Source of the DNA: a bacterium
Lineage (GTDB): Bacteria > Zhuqueibacterota > Zhuqueibacteria > Oceanimicrobiales > Oceanimicrobiaceae
Length of the DNA: 29,665 bases
Reading direction: 5' to 3'
Assembly (NCBI GenBank): GCA_046757525.1
Contig: JBHHYI010000033.1
Location: forward strand, 1 to 29,665
The position numbers and the translations under genes are program-made. The notes under the pieces are model-generated. The model saw only the letters and a list, made by a program, of their open reading frames with translations. It did no database searches and was not told the DNA's origin. Positions 26,952-29,665 of this stretch are shown here, piece by piece (position 1 is the stretch's first letter; each line of letters starts with the position of its first letter).

Positions 26952-28823
26952 TTGCTAAAATACAGAGCAGAAATTCCGTCTGAGAACCACTGGTTCGAGG
27001 AGATAAAATGCCAGGCCGCGTGTCCGGTGCACACAGATGCGCGCGGCTATGTGCAGGCCATCGCGCGGGGAGACTATGAGCAGGCGTATTTGATTGCTCG
27101 CGCCCCAAATCCACTGGCGTCCATTTGTGGCCGGATTTGCGGCGCCCCCTGCGAGACCGCCTGCCGGCGTGGAGAGATTGACAGTCCAATCCAGATTCGC
27201 GCTTTGAAGCGATTTGTTACCGAGAGATTTGGTGTCGAAACAGGACCGGAACGGGTGGAACACCTGGTAGATTGGCTGCGCGAACGATTGGGCGGTCAAC
27301 TTTCCGCGCCGAAAAATGGAAATTCGCGTCCCTTGTTGGATCTCAATACCCGCGGCACGTTCCAGAAGGCTTCCGGTCAGCGCATCGCCGTCGTGGGTTC
27401 CGGCCCGGCGGGTCTGGCGGCTGCCCACGACCTGGCGCTGATGGGGTTTGTGCCCGTGATCTTCGAGATGGAGCCGGTGCCCGCGGGCATGCTCTACCTG
27501 GGTGTTCCTGAGTACCGCCTGCCCCGGGACATCATCAAGGCGGAAGTCAAGTTGATCGAAGAGCTCGGCGTGGAAATTCGCTGCAACACGGCGGTTGGAA
27601 AGGACATTTCCCTGCCTGAACTCAGAAAGGAATTTGCTGCGGTCATTTTGGCAGTTGGCGCAAAGAAAAGCCGTCCACTGCAGATTCCTGGTGCCAATTC
27701 CCCCGGGGTTCTCGGCGGTGTGGAATTCTTGCGCGACATTGCCCTGGGCCATCCGGTCAGCCTGGGTCGCCGGGTGGTGGTCATCGGCGGCGGCAACGTG
27801 GCGTTCGACGTGGGCCGTTCGGTGATTCGCAACACCCAACTCGATGTGGCCACGGTGGCCGCGCACCTGGCTTCGGTAGCCGAGACCCACATCTGCTGTC
27901 TCGAAAGCCGCGAGGAAATGCCGGCGGACGAGGTGGAAATCATCGAGGGCAGCGAAGAGGGGATTCGACTGCACACCAGTCTTGGCCCAAAGGAGATTCA
28001 TGTTGAGAATGGCCAGGTGACCGGAGTTACTTTTGTCCGCTGCACCAGGGTCTTCGACGAGCAGCAGAGGTTCAATCCCCTGTTTGACGAATCAGAGCAA
28101 ACGACCATTGAGTGCGACACCGTACTGCTGGCGGTGGGCCAGCGCTTCGACCTGTCCTTTGTCGACACCGAACGCGACGGCATCGAGCTGCTGCCAAACG
28201 GGGCGCCAAAGTGCGATCCCCACACCCTGGAAACCACGGCTGAGAATGTTTTCGTGGCCGGCGACCTTGCCCACGGCACTAAACTTCTCATTCACGCGGT
28301 GGCTTCCGGCAAACAAGCGGCGCGTTCTGTCTACCAGAAATTCATGCGCCAGGAGATTGCACCGCGCGCGGTTGACCTGCATATTGCTCTGCCGGACTAT
28401 CAGCGCGATTACGACTACGAGGCCAGACAGCGCATTCAACTGGCGGTGTTGCCGGCGGCGGAGCGGATAAGCAGTCACGCCACCCAGGTGGAGCTGCCCC
28501 TGTTTGAAGCCCAGGCGCGTTATGAAGCCAGCCGCTGTTTGAACTGCGGGGTCAATACCATTTTTGACGGCGAGAAGTGTATTCTCTGCGGCGGCTGCGT
28601 GGACATTTGTCCCAGCGCCTGTTTGAAAATAGTCGGCATTGAGCAACTGGAAACCGGCGGCGAGATCTTTGACCTGCGCAACAGCCTTGCCGGTGAAGAG
28701 GACGAGCTGTCTGTCATTCTAAAAGACGATGCCACGTGTATCCGCTGTGGCTTGTGTGCGGCCCGTTGTCCGGCCTCAGCCATTACCATGGAACAATATT
28801 GTATGGAGGAGTTGGTGGCATGA
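26952..28823 (+). CDS. FAD/Fe-S NAD(P) oxidoreductase (GltD/NfnB/DsrL-like fold) with C-terminal 2x[4Fe-4S] ferredoxin
   Basis: CQAACP...[19 protein letters not shown] (FAD), GGGNVA (nucleotide), AGD, then [16 protein letters not shown] and [15 protein letters not shown] start uncertain. Confidence 0.85.
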   Translation: MLKYRAEIPSENHWFEEIKCQAACPVHTDARGYVQAIARGDYEQAYLIARAPNPLASICGRICGAPCETACRRGEIDSPIQIRALKRFVTERFGVETGPERVEHLVDWLRERLGGQLSAPKNGNSRPLLDLNTRGTFQKASGQRIAVVGSGPAGLAAAHDLALMGFVPVIFEMEPVPAGMLYLGVPEYRLPRDIIKAEVKLIEELGVEIRCNTAVGKDISLPELRKEFAAVILAVGAKKSRPLQIPGANSPGVLGGVEFLRDIALGHPVSLGRRVVVIGGGNVAFDVGRSVIRNTQLDVATVAAHLASVAETHICCLESREEMPADEVEIIEGSEEGIRLHTSLGPKEIHVENGQVTGVTFVRCTRVFDEQQRFNPLFDESEQTTIECDTVLLAVGQRFDLSFVDTERDGIELLPNGAPKCDPHTLETTAENVFVAGDLAHGTKLLIHAVASGKQAARSVYQKFMRQEIAPRAVDLHIALPDYQRDYDYEARQRIQLAVLPAAERISSHATQVELPLFEAQARYEASRCLNCGVNTIFDGEKCILCGGCVDICPSACLKIVGIEQLETGGEIFDLRNSLAGEEDELSVILKDDATCIRCGLCAARCPASAITMEQYCMEELVA

Positions 28824-29290
28824 ACATTCCCGCCTCGGATGAAAATATCTCCAGACGCGGTTTTTTGGGCTGGGGGTTTGCGGTTTTCACTGGCATGGCC
28901 TCTTTCTTTGTGTTTTTGCTGACGGCGTTTCGAATGCCGTTGCCGTCCCTCATGCCCGGCAAGTCGGGCAAGTTTAAAATCGGACGTAAAGAGGACTTTC
29001 CGCCCGGGACGGCCAGATATTTCGAAGAGCAGCGCACCTACGTTTTTGCCGACCAGGACGGAATCTTTGCCGTGTCGAGTGTGTGCACCCACCTGGGCTG
29101 TGTAGTCAACAAAGAAGAAAAACAATTCACCTGTCCTTGCCACGGTTCCCGCTATGACTTAACCGGCAAAGTAACCCACGGACCAGCGCCAAAAAATTTG
29201 CCCTGGTTTAAGGTGGAGCAACTGCCCAGCGGCCGCCTGATCGTGGACCGCAGTAGAATTGTGCGGACGGGTACGAAGTTTTTGGTTTGA
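28820..29290 (+). CDS. Membrane-anchored Rieske [2Fe-2S] protein of Rieske/cytochrome b complex type
   Basis: SRRGFL plus TM helix; CTHLGC and CPCHGSRYD with disulfide Cys; GPAPKNL; ATG 28820 overlaps upstream stop, RBS GGAGGAG. Confidence 0.88.
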   Translation: MNIPASDENISRRGFLGWGFAVFTGMASFFVFLLTAFRMPLPSLMPGKSGKFKIGRKEDFPPGTARYFEEQRTYVFADQDGIFAVSSVCTHLGCVVNKEEKQFTCPCHGSRYDLTGKVTHGPAPKNLPWFKVEQLPSGRLIVDRSRIVRTGTKFLV

Positions 29291-29340
29291 AGTGAAGAAA
29301 ATGACTAACTAATCACAATCAGTGTCAGGGGTTAATTAGC

Positions 29341-29538
29341 TCAAAGCCTCCGTTGCTGTTTGTAGTCATACTCAGGGTCGTAATCGATTGTGGCGAATAG
29401 TTTTAGTATCTTAAGTTGCTTCCGTCGCTGAATGTATTCTTGCAGCGCCTCTGTAACGGCTGCTTTTTTGGTTTTATGATGCCCGATCAGGCGAGCTTCT
29501 TCAACCAAATTTTCATCAATTGCTAAATTAATAGGCAT
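29341..29538 (-). CDS. vapB: VapB-family type II antitoxin (orphan)
   Basis: MPINLAIDENLVEEA...KTKKAAVTEALQEYIQRRKQ...IDYDPEYDYKQQR ribbon-helix-helix-like pattern; RBS AAGGAG; start at 29538, not 29658. Confidence 0.8.
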   Translation of the reverse strand: MPINLAIDENLVEEARLIGHHKTKKAAVTEALQEYIQRRKQLKILKLFATIDYDPEYDYKQQRRL

Positions 29539-29560
29539 AGTGTAAATCTCCTTTTCAAAA

Positions 29561-29589
29561 AATCTACACATTATGATGTGGTATGTCAA
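29561..29589 (-). promoter_or_regulatory. Sigma70 promoter of vapB with an operator palindrome in the spacer
   Basis: Minus strand TTGACA-17 nt-TAGATT; spacer contains CACAT-cata-ATGTG (29567-29580). Confidence 0.7.
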
Positions 29590-29665
29590 GAAGGATTTCA
29601 TTTCAAATCTAAGTTGATCAAGCATGACGCAAAAGCAAGAAACAGCCGCGGGCATCAAACAATAT

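Noticed and set aside
26952..28823. Glutamate synthase small subunit gltD or dsrL
   Set aside because: No gltB or dsr genes, lacks YRR, coupled to a Rieske gene

Overview
Gram-negative bacterial chromosomal window, nearly all on the + strand; gene content and intergenic repeat style suggest an FCB-related lineage such as KSB1 or Calditrichota (inference only). Four blocks: (1) a TPR protein and a conserved secreted GATase-like protein; (2) a Cache/HAMP/PAS histidine kinase with a sigma54 (NtrC-type) response regulator; (3) a branched-chain amino-acid operon ilvD-ilvB-ilvN-ilvC-leuA-leuC-leuD-leuB, preceded by a sigma70 promoter and an unannotated 41-codon Ile/Leu/Val-rich leader peptide with mutually exclusive RNA helices ending in an RBS-occluding hairpin; (4) a ~12 kb periplasmic redox island behind a sigma54 promoter with twin enhancer boxes: porin, cupredoxin, two dihaem MauG/CCP-family proteins, Tat-Rieske subunit, AioA/IdrA-family molybdoenzyme, second cupredoxin, lipoprotein, FAD/Fe-S NAD(P) oxidoreductase and a bc-type Rieske protein. 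The core of block 4 has the iodate-reductase (idrABP1P2) composition rather than a canonical arsenite oxidase, with a non-AioA active-site loop and extra electron-transfer and uptake modules. The window ends in an orphan vapB antitoxin on the - strand. Many spacers carry palindromic REP/MITE-like elements.
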